Source of the DNA: Eledone cirrhosa | Taxonomy: Eukaryota | NCBI GenBank assembly: GCA_964016885.1 | Contig: OZ024746.1 | Coordinates: forward strand, 70,618,001 to 70,682,000 | Length of the DNA: 64,000 nt | Direction of reading: 5' to 3' | Part shown: piece by piece, positions 35,301-47,300 of the stretch | How the letters are laid out: every line of letters begins with the position of its first letter | Position numbering within the stretch: the first letter of the stretch is position 1 | The notes under the pieces: generated by a model | What the model saw: only the letters and a program-made list of their open reading frames with translations | The model's database searches: none | What the model was told of the DNA's origin: nothing | Translations under genes and position numbers: made by a program

Positions 35301-38300
35301 TTGAACTCAGAATATAAAGAGCCATAACTCTATGTTGCAAAGCATGTTGTCTGACGCTCTACCTATACTGCCAATCCACACCCTTAATGAATGTTAATTA
35401 ATGAGAGTACGTCTTACTCTGTCATACATTCTGTTTAATAGCCGTGGCACGGAAGGAAATATAGTTGGTTTTAGAACTTTTATATCATCCAGTAGCTTCT
35501 TTACATCACCTCCAAAGAAACCAATGGCACCACCATTTATATAAAGCATCACCTGAAACAAACAACATAAACATATATTAAAAAATATCAAATAAACATA
35601 TATGTTTGTATGTATATATCTAAATGTGTGTGTGTGTTTAAAGTTTGTTAATTTTAAATACGTTGTTTTCGGCATAATACTTGATATATAAGGATCACTA
35701 AACCTTATATCAGTGCTCCAGTAATTCCAGTCTTGGAAATTGTTTTATACCGAACATAATATTTACGGTAAAAACTGCTTGCATTTCCGCAGCATCTGTC
35801 GGTCGCCAAACTGATCGGGTTTTCCTCGATTTGAAATCTGTTGTTGGGCATATCGATTAATCTCTTCTGTCACAACTTCGAAGAAAGTTTGTGGTAAAAA
35901 CAAAAAGAAATAATCCAGTGCTTTAGCATCGGGAGCTAATGTATGTTGTGGACCAGTATTTTGAATAAAATCGGGAACATATATTGGTGTGGTATTTTTC
36001 AACCACGTTGCTGTAATATTTTCAATGGCTTCCTGGAGATCTCCTTCCTTTTCACTTTCAAAACAACAATCATCATCGGATGAAATTTCAGAAATGTAAA
36101 CATCTGATTCATTTGAAGATAAATCACTAATATTATCTTTTGTTTCTTGTTCATTCTGAATATCGTCGTGTGTAAAACCTTCAAAGCCGGTATCGCTACT
36201 TTCACAAGCCATGTTGATTCACAAAAAATCTATTCTACTTTCAATGTTAAAAAAATACGTGTTGTTTTAAGTTGTTTCACTATATTAAGTGTTAACTTTC
36301 GTGGTAAGGGCCTAATCTCGCAGTAATCTCGAATTGACGATATTTTGATGAGGGTATTGTTTATTTTTAGAACGATATTTTAGTGTGAGTGTTATCGGCC
36401 GGTTTTGGGCGGTTTGAACAAATGAAGGGGAAATAATTTCAGCCGGTTTGGGGCGGTTTGAACACTAAAGGGTTAATGTATGTATAAAAGATGAAAGAAA
36501 AGCACTTACTTGAACAAATCTTTCATAAACATGAGCTAATGGTAAATAAGATATCATTATATCCTCACAGCCAATGATAAGCTAGAAAAACACAGAAAAT
36601 AAATAAATAAAAAGATTAGTAAATATTTTTAGGAATAAAATAGTAAAGAAAAGCATAACATAATGAATCAGGTAATACAGGACGCAGTCATACTCAATGA
36701 CTAGCACAGTAGTACAATCATAAATTGCTACAAGAGCAAATGTGGTGCTCTAGAAGGGAACAACTACAGAGCAATAAAAGTAATGGACCAAGTTATGAAT
36801 GTCTGGGAAAAGTAAAACAGATGCCCTCTTCTTAGTAAGGCAACTACAAGAGAAGTTCCTAGAAAAGTATAAGCCACTATATTTAGCTTTTGCTGATCTA
36901 GAAAAGGCCTTTGTTTGAGTACCTCGATGCATCATCTGATGGTCCTTAAGGAAATTAGGTAAGGAAGAATGCCTTGTGAGAGCAGTGTAAAACATGTACA
37001 GAGAAGCTGTCAGTAAAGTGAGAATGGGAAGTGAGTTTAATGAGGAATTCAAGGTACAGGTAGCAGCTCATCAAGGTTCAGTTCTTAGCCCAGTACTGTT
37101 CATCATAGTTCTCCAGGCCATATCAGAGGCTGTTCATGGGAAATCCTCTATGCAGATGATCTGGTCCTTATAACCGAATCCACAAAAAAAAACAGAAAAT
37201 AAGTTCTGACTATGGAAACGGAATTTGGAATCAAAACGTCTAAACTTAGCCAAAGCTGAAGTGCTAGTGAGTAAGAAAGAAGACAGGACTTTCAGGGAAA
37301 TGGCCCTGATCCATATGTAGATAAGGAGTAGGCATAAACCCCATACACTGTACACTATGTAAATCTTGGGTACACAAGAGATGTAGTGGGATAACAGGTA
37401 GACTAACAGGAAAGGAAGCCTTTGTATGTAGATGATGCACAAGAGTAATCATGGGAAAGAGCGTCAGTGATAAAAACCTTTTCAAGTCACAGGAAAGGTT
37501 GGTAGCTTCTGCTATCTAGGTAACTTAATTAGCAGTGGAGGAGGGTGCTCTGAGAGCATAATAGCTAGAATAAGGGTAGGATGGAAGAAGTTTAGAGAGC
37601 TACTCCCACTGTTTCTCGCTACGTACAAAAAGTTGACTGTATGACACCTATGTGCGATGCTGCACGGTAGTGAAATAGGGGCAGTGACTTCAGAAGACAT
37701 GTGAAAACTGGAGAGACAGGCAAAGTTTGGATGAACTAAGGGAAAAGCTGGGTTTAAGAGGAATCTGAGGTGGTGCGCAGGAGAAAAGACTGCGTTAGTA
37801 CAGACATGTGATGTACATGGATGATGATTGATGGATGAAGAAGTGCTGAGAAATGTCAGCTGAAGGAAGCCACAGAAGAGGTAATCCAAGAAAGACTTAG
37901 GCAGAGGTGGTGAGAGTTGACCTCAAATCACTGAGACATACTAGGAGATGACAAAGAAACGCAGCAAGTGGAGAGATGCCGTGCTGAGAAGGACCTGTCT
38001 AACTCATGCACGTGTGGAAAAATGGACGTAAAAATGATGATGATGATGATGATGATTTATTATGAAAATATACAAAAGGAAATAAAATTTTGATTAAATA
38101 AGAACAGAGAACTAAGAATTAAGTAGATATTAAACACAGAAAAAATTGCTAGTTATACTTGACACAAAATCTAAATATTTTCAAGTTAACCCTTTTGATA
38201 ACCGAAATCACCCCTGGTTTTGTGATACAAAATTATTTGTATTTATCTAGAAACCTGAGAAAGTTAGTTATTTTACTAAATCTTGCCAAATTTATAAATT

Positions 38301-41300
38301 TTTTCAAAACGAATTGAAAATCATAGACTGTGTCTTTCAATAGAAATATGGTAACAAAAGGGTTAAGTGAAATGAATTATTTTCAAGAAATCAAAATGCA
38401 TACAGTTGTTAATGTACCATGCTTCTTAGTAAAGATAATCTCTGCTAGTTTTTGACTTTCTATCAATAGTTTAACCAGTATTGATATCAGATTAATATTT
38501 GTTTCAAAGACAACATTTATATCTTTTAGCATTTACATTACTCTATATTTACTGTTGTATTTTCACAGAAAAGGCTTTAACTCATAATTATCTCACATAA
38601 TATCAAATCTACAAGTTTTTGATATTATTTATTTTGAGAATAATACCTCAACGTCAGTATGAGGGGCTGGTTACAATCAGTTTGAACAGAGAGAGGTGAG
38701 AGAATTCTGGCCGGATATGGCCGGTTTAAATGCTAATTGTCAGACCAAGGAAACTATATTTCCATTGGTCTTTCCATTGATGATACTATCTTTCAGTTGA
38801 ACTCCTGGCAGAAGAAAGGAGCTAATTGTCAGGTCAGACCAAGGAAACTATATTTCCATTGGTCTTTCCATTGATGATACTATCTGTCAGTTGCAATTCC
38901 TGGCAGAAGAAAGGAGCCAATTGTCAGGTCAGACCAAGGAAACTATGTTTTCATTAGTCTTTCCATTGCTGATACTATCTCCTGGTTGCAACTCCTGACA
39001 GAAGGAAGGAGGAGGGATTTGAACTCAGAACAAACAAAACTGGATCAGATACAGCAAAACATTCTATTCAATTTTTTAACAATTCTGTCAATTCACTGCT
39101 CCCTCAACTTGAACTTCATTTATCAACCCCTGAAAGGTTGAAAGCAAAGTTGACAATGGCAAAATTTGAACTCAGAGCGCAGAGAACTGGAATAAATACC
39201 AAAGAGAAACGCATGTGAATTCAGAAACAATACAGAAATGCTGTGAGGATAGCCAATTTTTAGAAAACTACAAAGCTACATAGAACTAAGTAGATGAGAA
39301 ATAGATCCTCTCAAGGATAGAATGCTGAACTATTGCAGAAAAATGTTCCCATGTAAGGAATTGAACTTAACACTGCCAGCTAATAGAGAACAGTGCTGTT
39401 ATTGTTAACAACACTGAATTATTACCATCTTGTAATAAAATGGAAAGAAACGAAATTTACAGCTCACACCTATTCAGGTTTAGCTGGCTTCCTACAATAT
39501 ATTTGATCCCTCTAAGATGGTACCCTGTATGGCTGCAGTCTAATGACTGAAACCAGAAAAAGAATTTTTAAAAAAGTAAAAGAATATATATATTTATATA
39601 TTGTTATACTTGGGGAGGGTCATATTTGTGTAATAATATTGCCAGAATTAATAACAGAACACACTCACTGTTTGGTTGGTTTTCGCTTCTGTGTCTTTTA
39701 TATCGGTTAATTTAATTTATTCGGTCCTCTGTGTTGCCATTGACTGACCAACGGTCAAAAATACAGATACAATATAGACACAAACACATATATATATAGT
39801 CTATCAAAGTTCTTTCGTTGCACATCTGCAACATCGTCAGTGGTGCTATTATGTTTCCTCCCGTTGCATTGTATGCTTATGCCATCTTTATTTAGTCTGT
39901 TTATTTATTTATTTATTTGTTGTTTTTTTTTGTCTTCTCTGCGCATGCGTTTGCGTGTGTGTATAGTGTTTTGTTTGATGTGTGTTCTTGTTTGGGTGAC
40001 TGTGTATTGGTTAATGTATTCTATCTTAGTTTACTAGTGTGTGTTTATATGTGTTTGTTGTTATTGTGCTTGTATATGTATTTATTTATTTATTTATACT
40101 TCTCTTAGGTCAGTGTTGTTTGTTTGGGTGTTGTTGTTATTCCATTCATTTTTTCTGTTGTTAATTCTGGCAATATTATTACACAAATATGACCCTCCCC
40201 AAGTATAACAATATTTGTTTCGACACACGATTTCATATCAAAAACCTCGCAAAACTAATATATTTATATATATATGTATATAAAAAAAACCTGCCCACAG
40301 GAAAATATTAACTTACTATCTGTTTTGAACTTGCAATAACTGCAGCTAGCATTCCTTTATGTGTAAGGATGGCCCCTTTAGGGATACCTTCAAGTATAGA
40401 AATGATCATTGTGATCATACAAAACATAAATGGCGAAGCAAACAACAGAAACAAACTGAAAGTTTGTTATTAAAAGAAAAAATAAATTAATGTTATCAAT
40501 TAATGAAAAGTTTAAGTTTTATCCTAAAATGAAAATAGATGTTGAATAATTAATGCAAACATGCATAAACATTAACAATCTCATAACATGCAGTTATACT
40601 TAAGTAAATTATAAATCTGTAACTTTTTTTATACTAAACTGCCTGAAGCTGGCCCTGGTTCAACAATACAAAACTTTGTTTTAAAGTGTTTTTTATTTAT
40701 CTAAAATATCCTTCCACCATAATTTTATGAAAGAACTTTTGTTAAATTATGTTTACAAGCACCAATTTAAAAATGAGGAAGTTAGTTCTATTATGAAATA
40801 CCTAAAAATTCTTTATTTTCAAAATCATTTGAAAATCTTACACAGTATGCATGTGTGCGTGCGTATATAAATATATACATTTACAGATTGCTTATGTATC
40901 ATAACTTAGCAGTTTGACAAACAGATCAAAATTAGTACTCAACTTGAGAACGAAAGGTTCTTATATAAAATTCATCATAATTTTATTAAAGAACCTTTGT
41001 TATGTTATGCTCCAGAAACCAGCTTACTAATGAATAAGTTAGTTATATTACTAAATCCTTTCAAATTTTTTTTATTTTCAAAATTAATTTACAACCATAG
41101 ATACTGACTTATATTAGAAATAACAATGCCAAAATAAATCTTGAGAACCCCCTGAGATTACACAGGCTAAAATTAATAATCTAAAATAATGTAAAAAATA
41201 ACAATTTAAAAAATAATTTTAAAAAGATAAATGAAAGATTTCATACCGATAAATATTTCAAAAGTTAAATGAAAGTATATATATATATTTTTTTTCATAT

Positions 41301-44300
41301 ATAAACATCAGAAATATCTAAAATATTCCACTTCTAAAAATTATTTATTTTCTTTTAATTCTTAGAAATAATTTTCCTACTTTAGTTCCCAACAATTAAA
41401 ATATTAATAAATGTGAACATATTAATAAGTTTACTTACCAGTTGTACCACTTGTATAACAAATTATGCATACATCGGTTGGTTTGCAAGGCTGAACAAAA
41501 TAAGATAAAATCATTATATCACTTAAAATTCTACACAAAATAAGGTCCCACTTCGGTCTTGACTGGTTATAGATTATGCACCCACAACTGACAGACCATT
41601 GTTTGCTTCTCCAAGGTACAAGCCTGGACAGGGTGTTTTATGGAAGACCGGCAGTTACTTTTGCATATAAGTGTCCCCTCTGCATGATACCAATGTTGCC
41701 CATGGGAAAGGCAAAGGCTAATACAACTTGGCATCAGTCTTGTTGCAACTAATTTTTTCCATCTGTGTAGACTGGAACAACATAAAATAAAGTGTCTTGC
41801 TCAAGAACGCAACATTCCACCAGCTCCATGAATCAAACTACCCTAACCACTAAGCTGGTGCATATAAAATTTGGTTATATTATATACAGAGGTTATTTCT
41901 TTGAATTGAAAATAAAGAATTAATTTCAAAACAATGTCCTACACATGTATATTTTTTTTTATACTTACAATATCAAATAAAATATCTCATCTTGCATTTT
42001 ATCATCATCATCGTTGTCTAACGTCCATCTTTCTTGCTAGCATGAGTTGGGCGGGTCCTCACAGATCAAGTCAGTACTCAAGTGAAACTACTGTCCTTTC
42101 CAATGGGGTGGGGGCCTACATTTCACCCACAGATGTTCCAGCACCCTACTGAGTTAATTTTATTATGACACCAGTGGTAAGGAGGTTACATTGGGCATAC
42201 TATAAGGAATTCCTACCTGTGCTGGGCTTTACTGCCACATTTGGAATTTCTTCTTTTGATAAAGAATAGGTACACTGTATCCCTGAGTGTCATATCATCA
42301 CCATCTAATGTCCATTTTCCATACTAGCATGGGATAGACGAGTTGTCCTGTTGTGAGACAAGTCAGAACTGTTTCTGGTTTAGTTTCTATGGTTGGATGC
42401 CCTTCCTAATGCCAACCACCTTTACAGCATGGACTAGGTGCTTTTTATTGTAGCACCAGAACGACCAACAAGTTGAACTGGGCACTTTTTGTTGTGTCAG
42501 CACACGACCACCTTACAGGGAAAAGGGTTGTGTCAGGTAGGGTATCTAGCTGTAAAACATTGCCTCAAAAAGTCTTGTCCAAACCTTGCCAGCATGGAAC
42601 AGTCAAAATAAAAACAATTATGATAATGATGATTCAGCTACAAGAATTAGGTTATTGGTATACAGAATTTCTCATGTACAGTCAACTTAAACTCCTGTTA
42701 TGATCTACAGTGCAGATTTATAATGTATAGAAGGGAACTGAAACCTGGTGGACACACGCATGTTAGATTCTTTGCTGAATCCATTGTTAATTTTCACCAT
42801 TCTAATGGCATCTCTGTACATGGTTTGCATAGCTGTCACCTACATTTCATTTACATTGTAGTGACCTACATTCCGCGGGCTCACATACATTCTCTGTGCG
42901 TGATTTGGCTCAGTTCAGCCAATCAGCGCCAGTAGAAGAGGATGTATCCCTACGCACCCTGAGGAAGAAATTCCCCGCGAAGATTTGAAGAATCTCTCTC
43001 TTGTACCGGAAACTTTAAGCCAGCAACACGCATAATGTAACGGTGAGATTTGCACCCTAGCCTCGCCGGCTTAACTTCAACCATATAAGTTAACAAACAT
43101 TGTTTGTACTACATCAAAAATAAACAAACATTTCATCTCTAATTACTGCTGTTGAAATCATTATTATGTTACTCGTGTCTCAATAACATCTATAATCCAT
43201 GCTGTTGGAATTGGCGACCTGACGAAAGGAATATTGTAAATAGATGGTAAATAGATCGAGGGATCTTCCCTCACGTCTATGTCAACAAGATAATCCAACG
43301 AGGATACTATCACTTACCACACTGGCAACTAACGACCTTCAATCATCTGAATGCCCTTCCTAACACCAACCTCATTTACAGTGAGTGCTGGGTGCTTTTT
43401 TGCCGTGGCATCTCCACGACCACTTTGCAGTGGAATGATAGGGACCCCAGTCCCTATCATCTCATTTCTACAGCTCAGCAATGTGAAATAAAGTGTCTTG
43501 CTCAAGGAAACAACACATCACCAGTCTGAGAATTGAACTCACAACCTTTCGATTGCAAGGCCAATGCTCTAACCACTAAGCCATGTGCCTCCATCATATA
43601 GACATATATACAGTTACATACCTATATACTCAAACACACACACACATATACATACATGAAGTAAAGGACTGCTTTTTTATCAGTTCAACTGGAAGGTTAT
43701 CATTGTCTGCTGTATGGTGGTTTCTGAATGGGTGAAGAGTTCTCTCTCTCACACACTTCTAAGTCCCTACTACCACCACCACACAAAAAAAGGCTAGAAG
43801 CAATTATGTTTCTCTTATATTATAAAAAAAACAGTGAAGAAGGAGGAAGGAAAAAAATATTAAAACAAGGGAAACACACAGACATGTACTTATTTCTCTG
43901 TGTATATGTATGCATATTTTATAATACAAATTTCTAGAAATATTCAAAAACATTCAATGATGTTATGAAAAAATGTATGTAAGTTAGTAGAAATTGTGGC
44001 TACTCCCAATTTGGTTAAATGTTAAATTATAATATTAAATATCATTTTTCTATAGTTGTTTAGATTTTTAAAGATTGCAGAGAGAAAAAACATGGATGCC
44101 CTTCCTAATTCCAACCATATTTACAGCATGGACTGGGTGTTTTTTATCGTGGCACTAAAACAGCCAACAGAGCAATTGGACTGGGTGCTTTTTGGTGTGT
44201 CACCACAAAAAGCGCCCATCTCGATCAGAGACAGCAGTGTTTATTCATTTAACAATAAAATAATATTTACCACAAGCTGATGTGGGTTCTTCTCTCCTAA

Positions 44301-47300
44301 TTTCTGGAATAAAATAAAAATAATATTAAAAAATATTAAAACAAAAGTTTACAAACAAATTTAAAAGACATTATATAATTAGTGTGATCAAGTATGTCAT
44401 GGGAAAATTTAGAATTCTTTAGCTCTGAAACTAAAATCTATCGAATATTGTTCTCCCTAAAGCAAGGGAGTTGATCATTATATTGGTCCAAGAAAACTAA
44501 TTCCATTATGCCGGTCACAACTCCCGGCAGAATAGTCTCTAAGAGTTTAGAAATCAGAACAATACCAGAACTTCCAATAATCATTATTTTTATTTCACAG
44601 CTTAGTCAGGGAGAGAAGGCCAATGCTCATGACATTATATTTTTCAGAGCCTCCAAGACTGGTGGGAAGAAGTTGTCTTCAAACCAGACACCTGACTTAA
44701 ATGAGAGGCAAAGTTGACCTTGGTGGAGTTTGAACTTAGAATGTAAAGGGTCAAAACTTAATCTGTAAAGCATTTTGTCTGATGTTCTAACAATTCTGCC
44801 AACTCATCACCATTGATGATGTATAATAATGGTTTCAGATTTAGGCACAAGGCCAACAATTCTGGAGGAGGGGAAAGTCGATTAAATCGACTCCAGTGCA
44901 TTATTGGTATTTTATTTTATTAACCCCATAAGGATGAAAGGTAAAGCTAATCTCGACAGAATTTGAACTGAGAACATAAACGGACATAACTATATGCCAC
45001 AAAGCATGTTGTTAAACGCTCTACTGAAACTGCCAATTGCTGAATTTAAATAAATTATCATGACTTTAAAACTTACTACTAATAAATATTGCATTATTCT
45101 TCTGACCAAGACACATAACTCTGCTAGTCTCATCCAGTATGGATGACAAACAGGTTCTACTTCAAATTTATATTTGAGTAGTCAGTGGTAAACAGTAGCT
45201 GGCAGGCAAGTCTGGCCATAGTTGGCCATGTTGCACCTTGCTCCAGCGAGGACTGTAAATTTTACAGCTGGATGCTCTTCCTAACACCAACTACATTTAT
45301 ATAAATATATATATAAATTAATGTGTGCACTAAACAGCTGAAGTATACTGTAAATTTATATCTGTACAAACAGTACAAATTTTTAACTGACACTGTAAGA
45401 AATTTGTATGTAAACACATATTTCTATATATTTCAGCATGTAAATGTGTCTTATCTAGATACCAAGCAATTGGATTGAACCTGTAACCACATGGTTGTAA
45501 TGCAAACTCCTTTACACAGATAAGCCTGTGTCTTATATAAACATGTGCTTGCGTGTATCATCATCATCAAATATATAAACATATATCATCATCAACATTT
45601 AATGTCTATTTTCTATGCTTGCATGGGTTAGACAGGTTGCTACATTATGTGATAAGTCAGGTCAAGTGACTGTGTCTTACTCATATGAAACTGATTTTGG
45701 CTTTGTGTCTCAGGTGGATGCCCTTCCTAACACCAACCACATTACAGTGTGGACTGCGTGCTTTTTTTTTTGTCGTGTTATCAGCACATCATCTTTTCAG
45801 GGTGGACTGGATGTTTTTTGCCATGTCACCAGCATGGGTGGGCAGGGTGTTTTTGTCATGTTACCAGCACAACCACTATTACAGGGCGGGTTGTGTGCTT
45901 TTTGTCGTGTCACAAGCACGACCGCTTTAATATCATTGGATTGAGAAAAAAATGTGATTTCATATACCAAAGATCTAGCCAAATAATACTACCATAGAAA
46001 AATGTGTTTTAGGGAAGAGATGATGGTGGTGGTGATGTGTATGAGAGAGAGAGAGAGAGTGAGGGAGAGAATCTGAAATAAATCTAACCTCCAATTCTTC
46101 AAACGTGGTCACGGTTACACCAGTTGATTTAGCCAAAGATAAAGACTCACTATCTGCATGTTCCAACAGCACTATATTCGTTAAGGAGTTCATTTTTCTC
46201 TTTTGTTTAAGCAAATTCTTCAGTTTAGCATTTTTATCACAAACAACCAAAGAAATTTCCGCTATAGAAAGAGAAACAGAAAGAAAAATTTACTTCTTAA
46301 AACTGAAACAATCATAATCAAATATTAGTTTAAAATAAAGTCATATGAAGAACATTTTATTATTAATTACAAAAACCATGGCAGTGGAGGGCATAGTTGT
46401 CTGAGTGTTGGATAAAATGCTTAGCCGTATTTGTTCCTGCTTTATATATTCTGAGTTCAAATCACGCCATGATCAACTTTGCTTTTCATCGTTCCGGGGT
46501 CGATAAAATAATGTAATAGTAAAATACAGGGAAAAATATAATTGAGTTTTCCCTGCCCACAAATTGCAGGCCTTGTGCCAAGATTAGAAATCAATATTGA
46601 TATAAAACCAGGGCAGTAGATTGGAAGTTGTTAGAATATTGGACAAATGCTTAGCAGTATTTGTTCCAGCTCTTTATATTCTAAATTTAACTTTGCCTTT
46701 CCTCATTCAAGGATTGATAAAATATGGAAAAAGTTCAGAGAGCTTATACCGCTGTTGGCCACAAAAGGTTTCTCTCTAAAAATGAAAGGCAGATTGTATG
46801 ATGCTTGTATACGAACAGCAATGCTACATGGCAGTGAGACATGGGCATTACGTGCAGAGGACCTACGCAGACTGGAAAGGAACGAAGCATGCATGCTCCG
46901 TTGGATGTGTAATAGTAATAGACGTGAACGGCAAAGCATAAATGAACTAAGTGAGAAATTAGGAATAAGAGGGATCAGATGCTGTTTACTTGAGAGAAGA
47001 CTATGTTGGTATGGCCATGTGATGCGCATGAAAGATGACAGTTGTATAAAAAAGTGCAGGGCATCAAAATTGATGGTAGTTACGGTGTAGGTAGACCCAG
47101 AAAAAACTGGGACGATCTGATAAATTCCGACCTTACACACTTGCACCTCTCTAAGACAATGTCACTGGACTGAGATCTTTGGCACTACGCAGTAATACAG
47201 AAGACCCGCCTTGCCTATGTACAAAGCGAAACCTACAGTCAGTAAGCACCTCTTAACCAAATATACACCCCAATCCATTACCCCTACCCTATCCTCCCAC

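Noticed and set aside
36213-36509. CSB-PGBD3-style exon-trap fusion of ACSL exon 9 to the piggyBac transposase
   Set aside because: The nearest AGs are 17, 22 and 25 nt before the ATG (out of frame with a phase-0 donor), there is no pyrimidine tract, and the transposase is frameshifted and truncated.
38732-39010. CRISPR-like array
   Set aside because: Whole units repeat with no unique spacers; eukaryotic context with no cas genes.
36582-40316. Mutually exclusive second gate exon (Phe-type) as in vertebrate ACSL1/6
   Set aside because: No second xLPLAH-coding segment was seen in the flanking introns by eye; a tblastn with exon 9 would settle it.
30127-40390. Non-canonical splicing at exons 8 and 13
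   Set aside because: The acceptors are AAG, which is uncommon but still canonical GT-AG, and the frames are preserved.
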